Below are positions 34,272-45,789 of a stretch of 64,000 nucleotides of DNA, piece by piece (position 1 is the stretch's first letter; every line of letters starts with the position of its first letter). Position numbers and translations under genes: made by a program. The notes under the pieces are model-generated. The model was given only the letters and a program-made list of their open reading frames with translations, searched no databases and was not told the origin of the DNA. The stretch comes from an uncultured Nitrososphaerales archaeon (lineage in GTDB: Archaea; Thermoproteota; Nitrososphaeria; Nitrososphaerales; Nitrososphaeraceae), in contig CAVQMO010000001.1 of the NCBI GenBank assembly GCA_963713605.1, forward strand, positions 640,001-704,000, read 5' to 3'.

Positions 34272-35003
34272 ATGCAAAATGCTCCCAGAGCAACTTACAT
34301 CATGAAAGAAATGGTAAAGCACCTTTTTCACTTGGTATTAATCAATGCTCTATCCTTATTCGTTGTTCGCAAAAGAACAAAATCAGGGGCAGAGTACAAT
34401 AACAAGTTAATTGGACAGCCGACTAACTACTTTAAATCTAGCGCCGCCGTCATCGGCATGTTGTTTGATGTTACTGCAATTTTGATTGTAATTGCATTCG
34501 ACGTAAACAGAGACATAATGACAGTAATTGCTGCTGTATTCATTTGTATTGGGACGGGGCGACAGATCTTTGCCTCGGCACTGGATCTCGTAACAACGAA
34601 CCTGAACGCCTTCTTGTCATCTTGGGCATCAACTCTTCTATTGCTTGCAAGAAATAGGCTGATGGTGACGACGACAGATTGGCGTTCCATAGAAAGGCGA
34701 ATCGAGCTGATACTCATGAGCAGGGGGCTTGAGTATAATTTGCCTGTTAAATTTGATGGGGTAAAACCAGAATCTCAGCAAAAATTATTAGAGTACTTGG
34801 ATGAGCATAAATGGGAGTTAGAGTATCAACAGGCTATTACAGATGATGATTCTAGCTGCCTTGCATTTTTTGAGTACGCAACTAAACAGATGAGAAAGAA
34901 GTTGCAGATATATGGTGAACTGGAAGACCTACAGCAAAGTAGTGGAGGCGTTAACGCAATAATCCTGATAGCAGTGGGAACGTTGATTTGGTTAATTTCA
35001 TAG
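34272..35003 (+). CDS. Hypothetical membrane protein (paralog of 44827-45312)
   Basis: N- and C-terminal TM segments; real start may be ATG 34458, just downstream of a tttaaat TATA-like box. Confidence 0.7.
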   Translation: MQNAPRATYIMKEMVKHLFHLVLINALSLFVVRKRTKSGAEYNNKLIGQPTNYFKSSAAVIGMLFDVTAILIVIAFDVNRDIMTVIAAVFICIGTGRQIFASALDLVTTNLNAFLSSWASTLLLLARNRLMVTTTDWRSIERRIELILMSRGLEYNLPVKFDGVKPESQQKLLEYLDEHKWELEYQQAITDDDSSCLAFFEYATKQMRKKLQIYGELEDLQQSSGGVNAIILIAVGTLIWLIS

Positions 35004-35038
35004 TTTTGGCACTAATGGCAGTTCTCACCAGATACTGT

Positions 35039-35262
35039 TTAGAGTATATGAGATAACGTGCGATCGCTGTGCTCTAGCATCTGCTTACAGTGTGAAAGTA
35101 TGTTCTTGTGCTGCTTACTAAACGGTACAGTAATCACAAACATGTTCTGTTGTAAGAACCGCAGATCGTATACTGATGGATAGTTTTTCTTGTAAAATGA
35201 TATCTGTTGCTCATAGTTGGTATCCTCATCTACACTATCCTTCAATACCCTGATAAAGGAAC
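35039..35262 (-). mobile_element. Terminase-like remnant E (nuclease-domain segment)
   Basis: SFIRVLKDSVDEDTNYEQQI...MFVITVPFSKQHKNILSHCKQMLEH bridges DGANPEVIRELK (remnant F) and MLAHAKELLEH (remnant C). Confidence 0.65.
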
Positions 35263-35612
35263 GTCCATGTACCGAAGTCTGCGGGTGCATCTGCGTTGTA
35301 TACTGACTGTTCCATCCATTTAGCCCGCCTTCTATGCTCCTAGCATCATAGCCTTTCTCAGAGAGGATCTTGGCAGCGCCCATAGACCTATTGCCATGTC
35401 CACAAAATGTAACTATTTGTTTGTCTTTTGGAATCTGTTTTAATATCTCAGGAGAGGACAAATCGCCTATCGGAATTACAGGGGTATCGAGATACCTGTC
35501 ATAGGAAACTTTCATCCAAAATAAAAATATCTTCTCCGCTGTCTATCTTTTTCTTTAGTTCTGTAGGTTTCAGTTGATGATTATCGTTATCCTTGTCATT
35601 CCCAGAAGTCAT
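35039..35612 (-). CDS. Rhodanese-like protein, disrupted near 35517, with a terminase fragment in frame at its 3' end
   Basis: LKPTELKKKIDSGEDIFI / IPKDKQIVTFCGHGNRS..AA.IL..GY.ARSIEGGLNGW. Confidence 0.75.
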
Positions 35613-35676
35613 TTTCAGGAGTAGAGTTCAGTAGGAGCCTGGACTATTTAAATAGCCTCAAAGGGTAGCGTGGCTA

Positions 35677-35823
35677 CCAGGGAAAGGTACTGGTCTTGGA
35701 TTGAGTATAAGTCATCGGATCATCAATGAGTCGCACCGAGGAGACATACAAGTATATTCTAAACCAGGAGAGACTCGTTTTCAGGTTCGCCTGCCTATCA
35801 TTTACAAAAAGTTCGAGGGTTAA
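35677..35823 (+). pseudogene. Histidine-kinase HATPase_c C-terminal remnant
   Basis: PGKGTGLGLSISHRIINESHRGDIQVYSKPGETRFQVRLP, G2 box and terminal strands; no upstream ORF. Confidence 0.8.
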
Positions 35824-36061
35824 CTGGAAAAGGAAAAATGTCACAATCAGAAGGCTATTACGAACAAGTACAAGCGATAATAAAGAAATACCTAAGCAAC
35901 ATAACTTGGGAGAAAATATGCGCTGAATTAAATAATTTGAATACTCCATTTAGTGATCAAGAACTGACCGAGAACGAGTGTGGAATGGATTATAAAAGAG
36001 ATACAATGGAGAATATCGCATGGAGATCGGTTTCTACATTCGATTTAGTTCGAATAATGAA

Positions 36062-36202
36062 CTAAGAATAAACATCTATGTCCTCATCTTTTGCATGCAG
36101 ACAGTCAATCATTTTTGAAGTAAGTGCATGCGCAGCATAAAACGCTAATAGAGCAAAATATCCTATAACTATTATACTAATAAGTTTAGCCATTCGACTC
36201 AT
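36062..36202 (-). CDS. 46-aa single-TM microprotein downstream of remnant F
   Basis: MSRMAKLISIIVIGYFALLAFYAAHALTSKMIDCLHAKDEDIDVYS*. Confidence 0.4.
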   Translation of the reverse strand: MSRMAKLISIIVIGYFALLAFYAAHALTSKMIDCLHAKDEDIDVYS

Positions 36203-36230
36203 ATTTCCAGAGGTACATTTTTAGTTACTT

Positions 36231-37170
36231 CTAATGGGTTACACGATGACACCATTGACCTATTATCAGGAATTGTTTTTTTGGAAGTTCATAATTACAT
36301 AAAGCAAGCCTAAACGAATCCAAGGTGTCATGATGTGATGTCTGCTGCTTGTCCAGCTTCCAATCATCTATCACAACTGCTGTTCTTAGTGATACGATGA
36401 GATTGTGCAAGGTTGGGTTTATCTTAATGAATCTCTTAGACATTAACGTATAAGTCCACTGTAGCATCTGTCTATGTCTTTTCTGGAAGTTGATTGGTAT
36501 TATCTGCCAACTGTTGCTGCTTCGTAAACCCCAGATCTTCTGCCTCCATAATAGTCGTGATACTCTCCTATTCTATTTTTTCAGCTCTCTTATTACCTCT
36601 GGGTTCGCACCGTCCACGTATATTTTAGTACAGTGGTGCCTCTGCTTTAGCTGCATGATTTGATTGATGATCTCGTTCATCAACGGTTTCTCGAAGACTT
36701 CTATTTTGTTGTTCCTGTATTGAGTAATAACGATGGCAAACTTTGATGTATCTCCCCAAGCCACATCAATACCCATGCTTCTTCCTATCATTGTACTTTC
36801 AGACCAGGCTATCATTTCTTTTCCTTCTTCTTGAGTGCATATGGCTGCTTCAATATCCAGAGTATGGAAGACATTGCCAACCTTTCCCAGGTATTTTAGA
36901 TTGTATTCCCTTTCAAATGATGGTGATTTCTGTGCTAGAGCTATCTCTTCCCTTGTGTAGATCTTGTTTGTGCCATATGTATAATCTAGGAATAACCGTT
37001 TGTATAAACAGGTATTCTCTGGTTCTCTTTCTATCTTTTCAAATAGACCTTCAGGAGCGTTAGGCGTTGACACCATAACAATCCAAGGATTGCTCTTGGC
37101 AATGTATCTCTCCGATACGTCTCGTGCATCTTGCTGCTGCCCTGGTGGAAAGAAATCAGCCTCATCCTCC
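36231..37170 (-). mobile_element. Terminase-large-subunit-like remnant F (Walker B to C-terminus)
   Basis: DEADFF (Walker B), VSTPN (motif III), FEREY, MGIDVAWG and IYVDGANP (RNase H-like nuclease), SHHDTLDSFRLA; frameshifted near 36570, N-terminus missing. Confidence 0.82.
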
Positions 37171-37341
37171 TATGACAATGACTGGTATAAAGTCGGCCTA
37201 TCTGCAATGCCGCTGAGGCGCTGACGCTTGTTGTAATAGTTGCATTTGCTTCTCTGATTGTATGTCATGTTCTACAGCATGCATTCTCAAACAATCCTTG
37301 AAAAGATTGAGGTATGCAATTAAACAAGAAAAATTGAATTT

Positions 37342-38115
37342 CTACTTTTCCGAAATGGCTTCTTTTCCTTCGATAATTAGATTGTATCGAATGAGTATCC
37401 TTCTATTTATTCCTATTAAAAGGCCTACAGAAACCATTAATAGCATATCAAATGCTATGGTAATAAGTACTGCTGTAGAATTATCAACATAAATTAGCCC
37501 ATGTCTAGCTCGCGTAAACAAGCTGCCAATAAACAAGACAGATATTATGATGCGTGATACTGTTCCTATCACATACACAAGATGAATATGTGTTCCGCCC
37601 GTTGCATAAATAGAACCAGACTTTGATTCCTTCCAGAACGACATGAGACGATTTGAACGTAAATAAGAATAATGCTGTAAACCAAAAAACAAAAGCAGAT
37701 AGGGAATAAGATACAAAATTGGAACGCCAAGATTATAAAATGAATCAAAGATAACAATAGAGCTTAAAACTAGATAGAAAATAGACTCAACTATAATCTT
37801 TGACTTTGTTACTATTTTTCCATGTTTAGTCCATTTTAGTCTGGTGAAAATTACGATTGCGATTACTATGCTATACAATGTAATTCTACCCATATCGACT
37901 CCATATGGTGCTATAGACTCTTGTGCATCTGATAGGCGAAGTTTAGTAGTATCAATATTGTAAATGGTAAAAGCATGTGCACCTTGTAATGTGGAGAGAA
38001 TAGTGAAAATAGTGGGTATAGTTAACACAAGTACTGTAGTCCAGTTTTCCGTACAGACACTATACTGCTTTCTTATTATTAGATTACACCTTATTTTAAA
38101 ACTAGTATCTTCCAA
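37342..38115 (-). CDS. Hypothetical multi-TM membrane protein
   Basis: About six hydrophobic segments; start uncertain. Confidence 0.7.
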   Translation of the reverse strand: MEDTSFKIRCNLIIRKQYSVCTENWTTVLVLTIPTIFTILSTLQGAHAFTIYNIDTTKLRLSDAQESIAPYGVDMGRITLYSIVIAIVIFTRLKWTKHGKIVTKSKIIVESIFYLVLSSIVIFDSFYNLGVPILYLIPYLLLFFGLQHYSYLRSNRLMSFWKESKSGSIYATGGTHIHLVYVIGTVSRIIISVLFIGSLFTRARHGLIYVDNSTAVLITIAFDMLLMVSVGLLIGINRRILIRYNLIIEGKEAISEK

Positions 38116-38555
38116 TTTTAGAGTTTCTACTCGGTATTGAACTAGGCATACCCAGACTCAGAAACTTTAAAAATTAATGATTTTATCTTCACAAATACAC
38201 TAGGTTGTTAGCAGCTTTCTCTTTATCGTAGCCTTAAACGCGAATAAATCGATAGCCAGATTAAAACTGGTCTAAATGTGACAAACTCAGTTTGTTGGTC
38301 TTTTATTTTCAAGTTAGAGAATCCTATTTGAGTATTAAGGAATAGATTTAAGTCATCAGTGTCACTTTGCAAATTGACCAACTAACTAATATCGTGCTGG
38401 AATTAATTTCTTCGCAAAGCCCAACCTGTGATACAGCTGCGAATTAATATTTTCAAAAATCCCGCCCACCGCTAGTTTAAGCACATAGTCTGCGCTAATT
38501 TTATCCAACACAGTATTGTAGATTTCAAAAAATTACTATATACCAGACAATTCTC

Positions 38556-40064
38556 TTAATCAGACACGTAATTCTTTTCTCTGTTAATTTTTCTTAACCT
38601 GGCAAGTACTTCTTCCAATTGTTCTTTAGTTTCCTGGTATCCATCTTGAATTAACTGCTGGATTGTAGTTTTTGAAAAGTCAAATGTTTTATTTGCAATA
38701 GTATTACTGTCGTTCTTTCGCTGGAATCGAACAACAAATTCAATGTCGACGGCGATCGTTAATAAATCCTCAAACCTCCAACGCTTACCAGTGGCAAGAT
38801 AAACAGCATTGGTTTCTTCCTCTAGATTCTTTTGGATGACCTCTTTGCTCACACCATTTTCTTCGGCTAATTTAATAAGAGATTTGGCTAACTTTATAAA
38901 ATCAGCCACAAGAACTGCAACATTTTCATCATATCGTGTTCTGTCATGGAATATAATGTCATTCTTTCTGTCAACGACACCGTCGTAGTCAGATGGAAGA
39001 TTATCGTGTGTGCCCGGATGGAGATTTATTATGACGTATCTCAGTTTAGGTATGTCATCTTTTACTTTCTTCACTTGATGCCAATAATCCCTATGAGCGA
39101 GTATAGTCTGTCTTAGTGGAGTATTAGCTAATAATCCACCATCCCAGAAACTGCGTAAGCTGCTATTGGCATTCGAAGAAGCGGAAGGCCTATTATTATC
39201 CCCACCACCTGCATTGAAGCCTTGCTCTCCATCTACCAAGGTACGGCTTTCCACATTTAGTCTAGTGTAGTCATAATTTACTGGAACTGAACAGCTTGCT
39301 AAAACGAAGTCTGACTTAATCCCATCGTCGTATCTTATAACATATTCATGTCCCTCAATGTTCTCATGATCTTTCTCAGAACTACCAAATTTCACTCTAC
39401 CGTATCTCCCATACTCTGTCTTCCTGGTTCCATCCTCCTGTTCGTAGCTATCAAAAACCACAGGATAGCCTGCTACTTGCACATCCACAGCAACTAGCAA
39501 GAGCCTTGGTTCATTATTTTCGAGGCTTGTGGAAATAGGAAATTTTGCAAACTTCTCCAGGCTCTCTCTTAATGGTTTGTTGTCATAGGTATACCAAGTA
39601 TTAGAAGGATCAAAAAACTTATTGTCGAACACAGGTGTTTTAGGTACAAATACGTTTGGAACTCCCATAAAAATAGATTCCTTAGTGCCAAAATATCTTC
39701 TGGCAGATTCTCCAGAAGCAATTCGTCTATCCAATCTGCGCCAAGAATCCCAGTAGGACGTAAGGTATGGTATGTTATCAACAGATGGTTGTGTAGAAAG
39801 ATATTCCCAAAAATCGACAAGCCTTTCAGCAGACCCCTCCCACGTTTTATTTTCCTTTACATAACTTACCAATAAAGTAGCATTTATAGCGCCTATTGAC
39901 GTTCCAGAGATGATATGAAATAGCGGCTCATTTCCCCATTCTGATCTGACGTATGCTAAAAGATCTTCATTGAGAGCTTTGTAAGCACCTGCTTCATATG
40001 CACCAAGCGAACCTCCTCCTTGAAGTATTAAAGCTCGGTTGATGTTATGTTTCATAAATCTCAT
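38556..40064 (-). CDS. Patatin-like phospholipase (intact)
   Basis: QGGGSLGAY, GTSIG, FWDGGLLANTP motifs. Confidence 0.95.
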   Translation of the reverse strand: MRFMKHNINRALILQGGGSLGAYEAGAYKALNEDLLAYVRSEWGNEPLFHIISGTSIGAINATLLVSYVKENKTWEGSAERLVDFWEYLSTQPSVDNIPYLTSYWDSWRRLDRRIASGESARRYFGTKESIFMGVPNVFVPKTPVFDNKFFDPSNTWYTYDNKPLRESLEKFAKFPISTSLENNEPRLLLVAVDVQVAGYPVVFDSYEQEDGTRKTEYGRYGRVKFGSSEKDHENIEGHEYVIRYDDGIKSDFVLASCSVPVNYDYTRLNVESRTLVDGEQGFNAGGGDNNRPSASSNANSSLRSFWDGGLLANTPLRQTILAHRDYWHQVKKVKDDIPKLRYVIINLHPGTHDNLPSDYDGVVDRKNDIIFHDRTRYDENVAVLVADFIKLAKSLIKLAEENGVSKEVIQKNLEEETNAVYLATGKRWRFEDLLTIAVDIEFVVRFQRKNDSNTIANKTFDFSKTTIQQLIQDGYQETKEQLEEVLARLRKINREKNYVSD

Positions 40065-40315
40065 TCACACCATCTGGTAGATTCGTTATTGTGAGGACTG
40101 CCGTATGCGTGTACAAGATGTATCATGCACAATATAGGTTCGGCTAAATTTAATGCTATCTCGACCTAAATGATTGGGAAGTATTCTGGTCCAATCCTGC
40201 TTCAATATTGCCTTAATCGTGGAGACACTCCAGATTCTTTAGTAATCCCTTTTTAGATTTAGTAATCCCTTTTTACCTAACCTTTCCCTTTTTCAGCTAG
40301 TGCTATGATGACAGA

Positions 40316-41025
40316 TCACCCTTATTCCCTATCATCTTTCGTGTAATGTACCAGACGGTAACAATGGAAACATAAAGTCCCGTTAATGTTGATCCAACGA
40401 TCATCGCGATTGCTCCTACGATTCTCCCTTCAGGCTAGGCCCGAACGTAGCACCAGACGCCATCTGGATGACATACCAAAATGATTCGCCTATAGTTTTT
40501 ATGGATGAATGCGTACTCCAACGTTCTGCATCATAAAATACGAGTGCGATCACATGAAACGCCATGAGGATATGCAATGTTTTACTGGTTCCAAGAATAT
40601 TCAAATCATCCTTAACAACGAATCTAACTAAGTACAATACAATATTCCTAATGCTCTGAACATTATACCTAGCGTGGCTCCAGCAAGCGGGGCTCCAGTG
40701 AATATCATCTCTGGTAAAATGAAAGCGAAAATCGGTGTAGCTATAGGGATTATAAACCAATTATTTAAGATATATCTCCATCCCTGTTTCGATTTTTTCA
40801 ATCGTCCATGGAAATCATATATATAAGAGTAACAACAAATGCATCAAAAACTAAAACGGTAATGATTTTCGAAATTTGAAACTGAATGTAGATGACTATA
40901 CAGAAACTAGCAGAATAACATCTACCAAACAGAGAAAACTATTTAAGATTTCAAGTCTCTTGCCTGACATCAGCTTTTCACCTAACTTTAAGTTATAGGC
41001 CTTAGCGGTCTGTTTTGTTGTCCAT
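40316..41025 (-). pseudogene. Ion-transport/potassium-channel family pseudogene
   Basis: Fragments GRLKKSKQGWRYILNNWF, GIMFRALGIL, IKTIGESFWYVIQMASGATFGP, RIVGAIAMIVG..LTGLYVS in shifting frames. Confidence 0.6.
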
Positions 41026-41796
41026 TATTTTTAGTCAAGTGCCGCAGGACAAGATGTTTCAAAGACAAATACTTGATGCATTATATTCCACAGATACGTT
41101 ACATGCAGTCTCCCCGTTGTTACAACAATCATCTCTGGTCTTTGGGAATGATGAGGACTACAAAAACGTAAAACAGAAAAGATCAGTAGGAACATGCCGG
41201 CAAAAGAGACTTCGCGAAAACTCTCTCTAGATGAAAGAGCTTAATTCTAGAATGCACATTACCGAATGTAGTATAGATCTTATGGAAGTGCCAAGAAATC
41301 TGGTGCACATGTTGTTGTGATGGTAGATTATGACTAACTTGGACTATATATCGCATCAGAAACCCCAACTGATACAAGAAGGGTCTGATTCTTCCTGCGG
41401 GACAAAAATCGATGAGAATTATTGCTCCACTCATACTAACTATCTTGCTCTAACTTCGAGTAGTTACCCCATCTTTTAGATTATCAACCAATAGATAACG
41501 TGCCTTCGAAAAGATGAATTATGCAATCCTCGTTGTTACCATTTTGGCGAGCTCAGCCTCGCTTAAATTAGAATACGATTCTCCACTTAAGTCTGTTGTT
41601 GAATTCGATAGTTCAATCTCTACATCTTCTATTGCGAATTTTTCGATAACATGGATTATGTCCATTAGGTTGATACCACCACTATACTGCCATTTGCTAA
41701 CGGAGGTTCAATTGTGACTGCCTTTCGTAAGGAACGGCGAAACATTGTTAAGTGAAGACGAGGAGCTTTCACTGATTGAAACTAGTGTATATTTGA

Positions 41797-44063
41797 ATGG
41801 CTAATACAGCATCGAAAATCTCGGTTTCCAGGCGTATCCTGTTTTTTGGAATTGTTGTCGTAACCACCATCACAACTTCTATTATTATCTTTGCCAACGT
41901 AGAAGCTAGGGAATACTATTCGCATTGGATAATTAGTATCGGTGCATCCGCGACGGCAATTTTGGCCTTTTTAATCATATATCAGCAAAAAAAGTATCAC
42001 GGACTGATCGAGAAAGCTGACCTTGCTCTTGTAATAGCCTTAGGGCTATCACTCTGTGCAGAAACCCTTTGGGCAATTTATGAGATAGTACTGGAGGTAG
42101 TGCCACCGGTTCCGTCGTTAGCAGATGCATTATCTCTATCTGCTTATGCTTCATTGGGATATTATGTTTTTTCAACGTATCTTAGATATCACAAGCAATT
42201 TCATTTTACTCATATAACTACGGTTGCTGCTATAATTGCGAGTGCGATATTTCTTACCTATATAATTTCGCAGACTCTGAATTTTGCCGATTTTTCATCC
42301 TATAGAGAGGTCGCCATTTTCTCAGTAATCATAGCGTATCCGATTCTTGATGCAATCATCATTGTGCCAGCTTTCCTGATTGTAGTTAATTACAAGAAGG
42401 AACCTCATTGGTTTACGCCATGGATCTTCAAGTCGGCTGGAATTTTCGTCGTCGCAATCGCAGATAGTTGGTTTGCGTTGTTCGTTGTTACGTCAATGAC
42501 CAACGAATTATGGCCATCAACAATGATCTTTGCAGCCCATAATGTAATCATTGCTGCCGGTTTACTTTGGACCGTGGTATCTCTAGCCGCACTCGTACGA
42601 ATCCGAATCTCACTAATTCAGATAGTCCAAATTTTGAGGAAAGTAGTGCACAACAGTACGACATCAATAATTCTAAACTAAATAGTTCCAAGTCCAGCAG
42701 CAGGATGTCCAGTTATATAATTTTCTTTACTCTAACTGCATTATCAGTCTTATCTATTGCGTTAATCGTGCTAAATCTATTTCCGTCTGTATTATCGATT
42801 TGGTCGCAAGATCACCAACTAACTTTTTTTGCATCGTCTGATAATACCGTAGGAACGCAGAAAAAGTCATCGGCTGACGATTCAGTAAAAATCGGTGCTC
42901 TCCTGCCGCTAAGTGGAGTAAGTGCTTCATCAGGAAAATCCACTGAAACTGCACTAGTTAAAGCATTTGAGGATGTTAATGCATATTTCTCGGATACCAA
43001 TTCGAGCGTTCGCTTCGACTTAGTAATACAAGATACAGAATCAGACCCAGCAACAAGTCTCGAAAAGTTGAAATTGTTAGCAAAGAATGACATTGGGATA
43101 GTAATAGGTCCCGCAACCAGCGCAGACGTGGAAGCAATTAAAGACTACGCTGATAAAAATGACATTATAGTCATGAGCCATTCTAGTACTGCGCCATCGC
43201 TTGCAATTGAAGGAGATAATATATTTAGGTTCGTTCCTGATGATCTGGGCCAGGCTAAAGCAATCGCAAGAGAAATGTGGAGCCAGGATATAAGAATGGT
43301 AATCCCTTTCTGGAGGGATGACATTTACGGCCATGAACTAATGCAAGCAGTCAGAGCCAATTTTCAGAAATTGGGAGGTGAGTTTGATAAATATTCTGAT
43401 AAAACTGGCTACGCACCGCGGACTGGACAGTTGGCCGCCAGCTTACATAGAATCAATTTTGTTATGTGGGATAATGCTTTGAAATTGTTAGAAAAAAGGG
43501 TTGAGAATGCATTGTCAAGATACCCTCCAGACAAAATTGGAGTGTATATGGTTTCTCTTGATGAAGTGACCCCCATATTTATTCAGGCATACAACCATCC
43601 GGTACTATCTAAGGTAAAGTGGTACGGAAGCGATGGAACTGCGCTCAACGAGAAGCTCATCAGGAATCGCGAATCTGCCCTCTTTGCAGTCAATACCTCA
43701 TTTAGCAATCCTATCTATAGTTTGCAAAATGGGAATTACGAGAAACTTAGCGAGTTATTAGAAGATATTCGATCACATGTACATGTTACCCCGTCACCCT
43801 ATTCCGCTGTCGCATATGATGCGTTCTGGGTCGCAGCTTTGGCAGAGAACGTTAGTATACACAACGACGGAAATGACACCTCAATTGAAGGTCTCAAGGC
43901 AGCTATAATGAATTCTGCAAATTCGTATTTTGGAGTTACTGGCAATACTACTCTCAACAGGGTGGGCGATAGGGCTGAGGGCAAGTACGATTACTGGAAA
44001 GTAGGAGCCATACCTGTTGAAGGTAGGGCACCGAGTTTTACTTGGACAAAGGCGCCTAATTAG
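41797..44063 (+). CDS. Multi-TM sensor-like domain plus type-1 periplasmic-binding (LivK/Venus-flytrap) domain; one gene if the shift near 42580 is an error
   Basis: ORF 41797-42681 has about 8 TMs; ORF 42567-44063 has a TM then KIGALLPLSG, VIGPATS, SHSSTAPSLA..DNIFRFVPDD, AYDAFW, GVTGNTTLN..GDR; the two ORFs overlap by 115 nt. Confidence 0.8.
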
Positions 44064-44358
44064 AGAATATGCAGGAAGATGAACTTGTTATTTCTTGACT
44101 GGATCACATGGAACATCTGAGTTGCGAGCGTCATCTGAGTGGAATCAGTACTAAAAGAATTCCTACGATCGGGATTATTGTCTTCACTAATATTCACCAA
44201 AACTCACTATACGATTACATCCTAATAAAATAGAATACAAATGCTGCCTGTTACAGAAGCTCATTCATGCTCCAGGAAAGTTGATTACATAATTCGCCAC
44301 ATCTAAAGTTAGAAAAAGAGATTTTTAATCAGTTCTGCTTTCTATGAAGTCACTACTT

Positions 44359-44467
44359 GCATCGAAGTAGAGTAGTTATCCTTGCTCCCTTTTGCACTCT
44401 GGTCAATCCTGAGCGTTATCGACTTAATTGTAGTAATAAGATTTACATTATTCTCATCATCGTTGCT
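44359..44467. repeat. Dispersed ~120-bp repeat, copy 2 (copy 1 at 18284-18405)
   Basis: Direct sequence match with a short internal deletion. Confidence 0.85.
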
Positions 44468-44826
44468 GGCTCGTAAGGATCATATGATTCAAACTTTTTC
44501 GGATCTAGTCCAATTCAATCATGATACGTCATCCCATGCTTACATACAACATCTTTTTAAGAAGTATGTAGCCGAAAATAAACCATCGTGCAAAATGCTT
44601 CCGGAGTAATTTTCATCGTGAAAGAGATGGTAAAGCACCTTATTAACTTGCTATTTGTCAATGCACTCTTCATATTCGTTGTTCGCAAAAGAACAAAATC
44701 AGGAGCAGAGTACAATATCAAGTTAATTGGACAGCCGACTAACTACTTTAAATTTAGCGCCCCATCATCGGCATATCGTTTGCGGTTATTGCAATATTAA
44801 TTGTATTTGTATTCACTCAAAACGTA

Positions 44827-45312
44827 ATGATAGTAATTGCTGCTGTATTCATTTCTCTTGGGACGGGGCGACAGATCTTTGCCTCGGCACTGGATGTCGT
44901 AACAACGAACCTGAACGCCTTTTTGTCGTCTTGGACATCAACTCTTCTATTGCTTGCAAAGAACATGCCGATGGTGACAACGACAGATTGGCGTTCCATA
45001 GAAAGGCGAATCGAGGTGATACTCATGAGCAGGGGGCTTGAGTATAATTTGCCTGCTAAACTTGATGCGGTAAAACCAGAATCTCGGCAAATATTATTAG
45101 AGTATCTGGATGAGCACAAATGGGAGTTAGAATGTCAACAGGCTATTACAGATGATGATTCTAGTTGCCATGCATTTGTCCAATACGCAGCCAAACAGAT
45201 GAGAGAAAAATTTCAGATATATGATGAACTGGAAGAACTACAGGAAAGAAGTGGAGGCGTTAACGCAGTAATCCTGATAGCATTGGGAACGTTGGTTTGG
45301 TTAATTTCATAG
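44827..45312 (+). CDS. Paralog of 34272-35003, 5' part disrupted
   Basis: GTGRQIFASALD..TTNLNAFLSSW...TTTDWRSIERRIE shared; duplicated DNA spans about 44466-45318 versus 34160-35010. Confidence 0.7.
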   Translation: MIVIAAVFISLGTGRQIFASALDVVTTNLNAFLSSWTSTLLLLAKNMPMVTTTDWRSIERRIEVILMSRGLEYNLPAKLDAVKPESRQILLEYLDEHKWELECQQAITDDDSSCHAFVQYAAKQMREKFQIYDELEELQERSGGVNAVILIALGTLVWLIS

Positions 45313-45329
45313 TTTTGTATTACGGCTGT

Positions 45330-45443
45330 AGACGGCTGGAGCATGTAGGTCTCCAGCTCGTCAATGATTTCGTCGCTCTCGGCTTCGTCGAAGCCCTCGA
45401 TGTAGAGGATCTGGCCGCCCAGTTTCCGGATGCACGCGGCCTT
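45330..45443 (-). pseudogene. High-GC TauD/TfdA dioxygenase-like fragment
   Basis: RVHPETGR / ILYIEGFDEAESDEIIDELETYMLQP; GC-rich codons unlike the flanks. Confidence 0.6.
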
Positions 45444-45493
45444 AGATCAGGAGTAGTGATAGATAGTCGGCTGAAGTGTCTGCTCCCAACCGA

Positions 45494-45524
45494 CTCACGA
45501 CTTTGTTACTCTTGAACTAGTAAC
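45494..45524 (-). repeat. Dispersed GTTACTAGTT repeat, copy 3 (no palindrome)
   Basis: Reverse complement reads gttactagttcaagagtaacaaagtcgtgag. Confidence 0.75.
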
Positions 45525-45789
45525 TACCAACTAACTAATACCAGAACTGAAGAAACATTACCCCCATTACTCATCGTCAACCCTAAATCTCCCCGCCATC
45601 GTATAGTTTCAGGGCGATGGCCATCGGCGCAGAAAATAATTTCGGCATGTTTATCAACGCCGGTTAGCATGGAGTGATTCATATAATGCAGTTACAAGCC
45701 CCTTACTCAAAAGAAACTACAGATCAGACTAATTCTGTTTGTAGAGGTATTAGACATCAATATTAGAGACACAGCAAATGGAGATGTCG

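Noticed and set aside
33141..37170. Intact provirus
   Set aside because: Terminase pieces are broken and on both strands, with no portal, capsid, tail or att-flanked boundaries seen.
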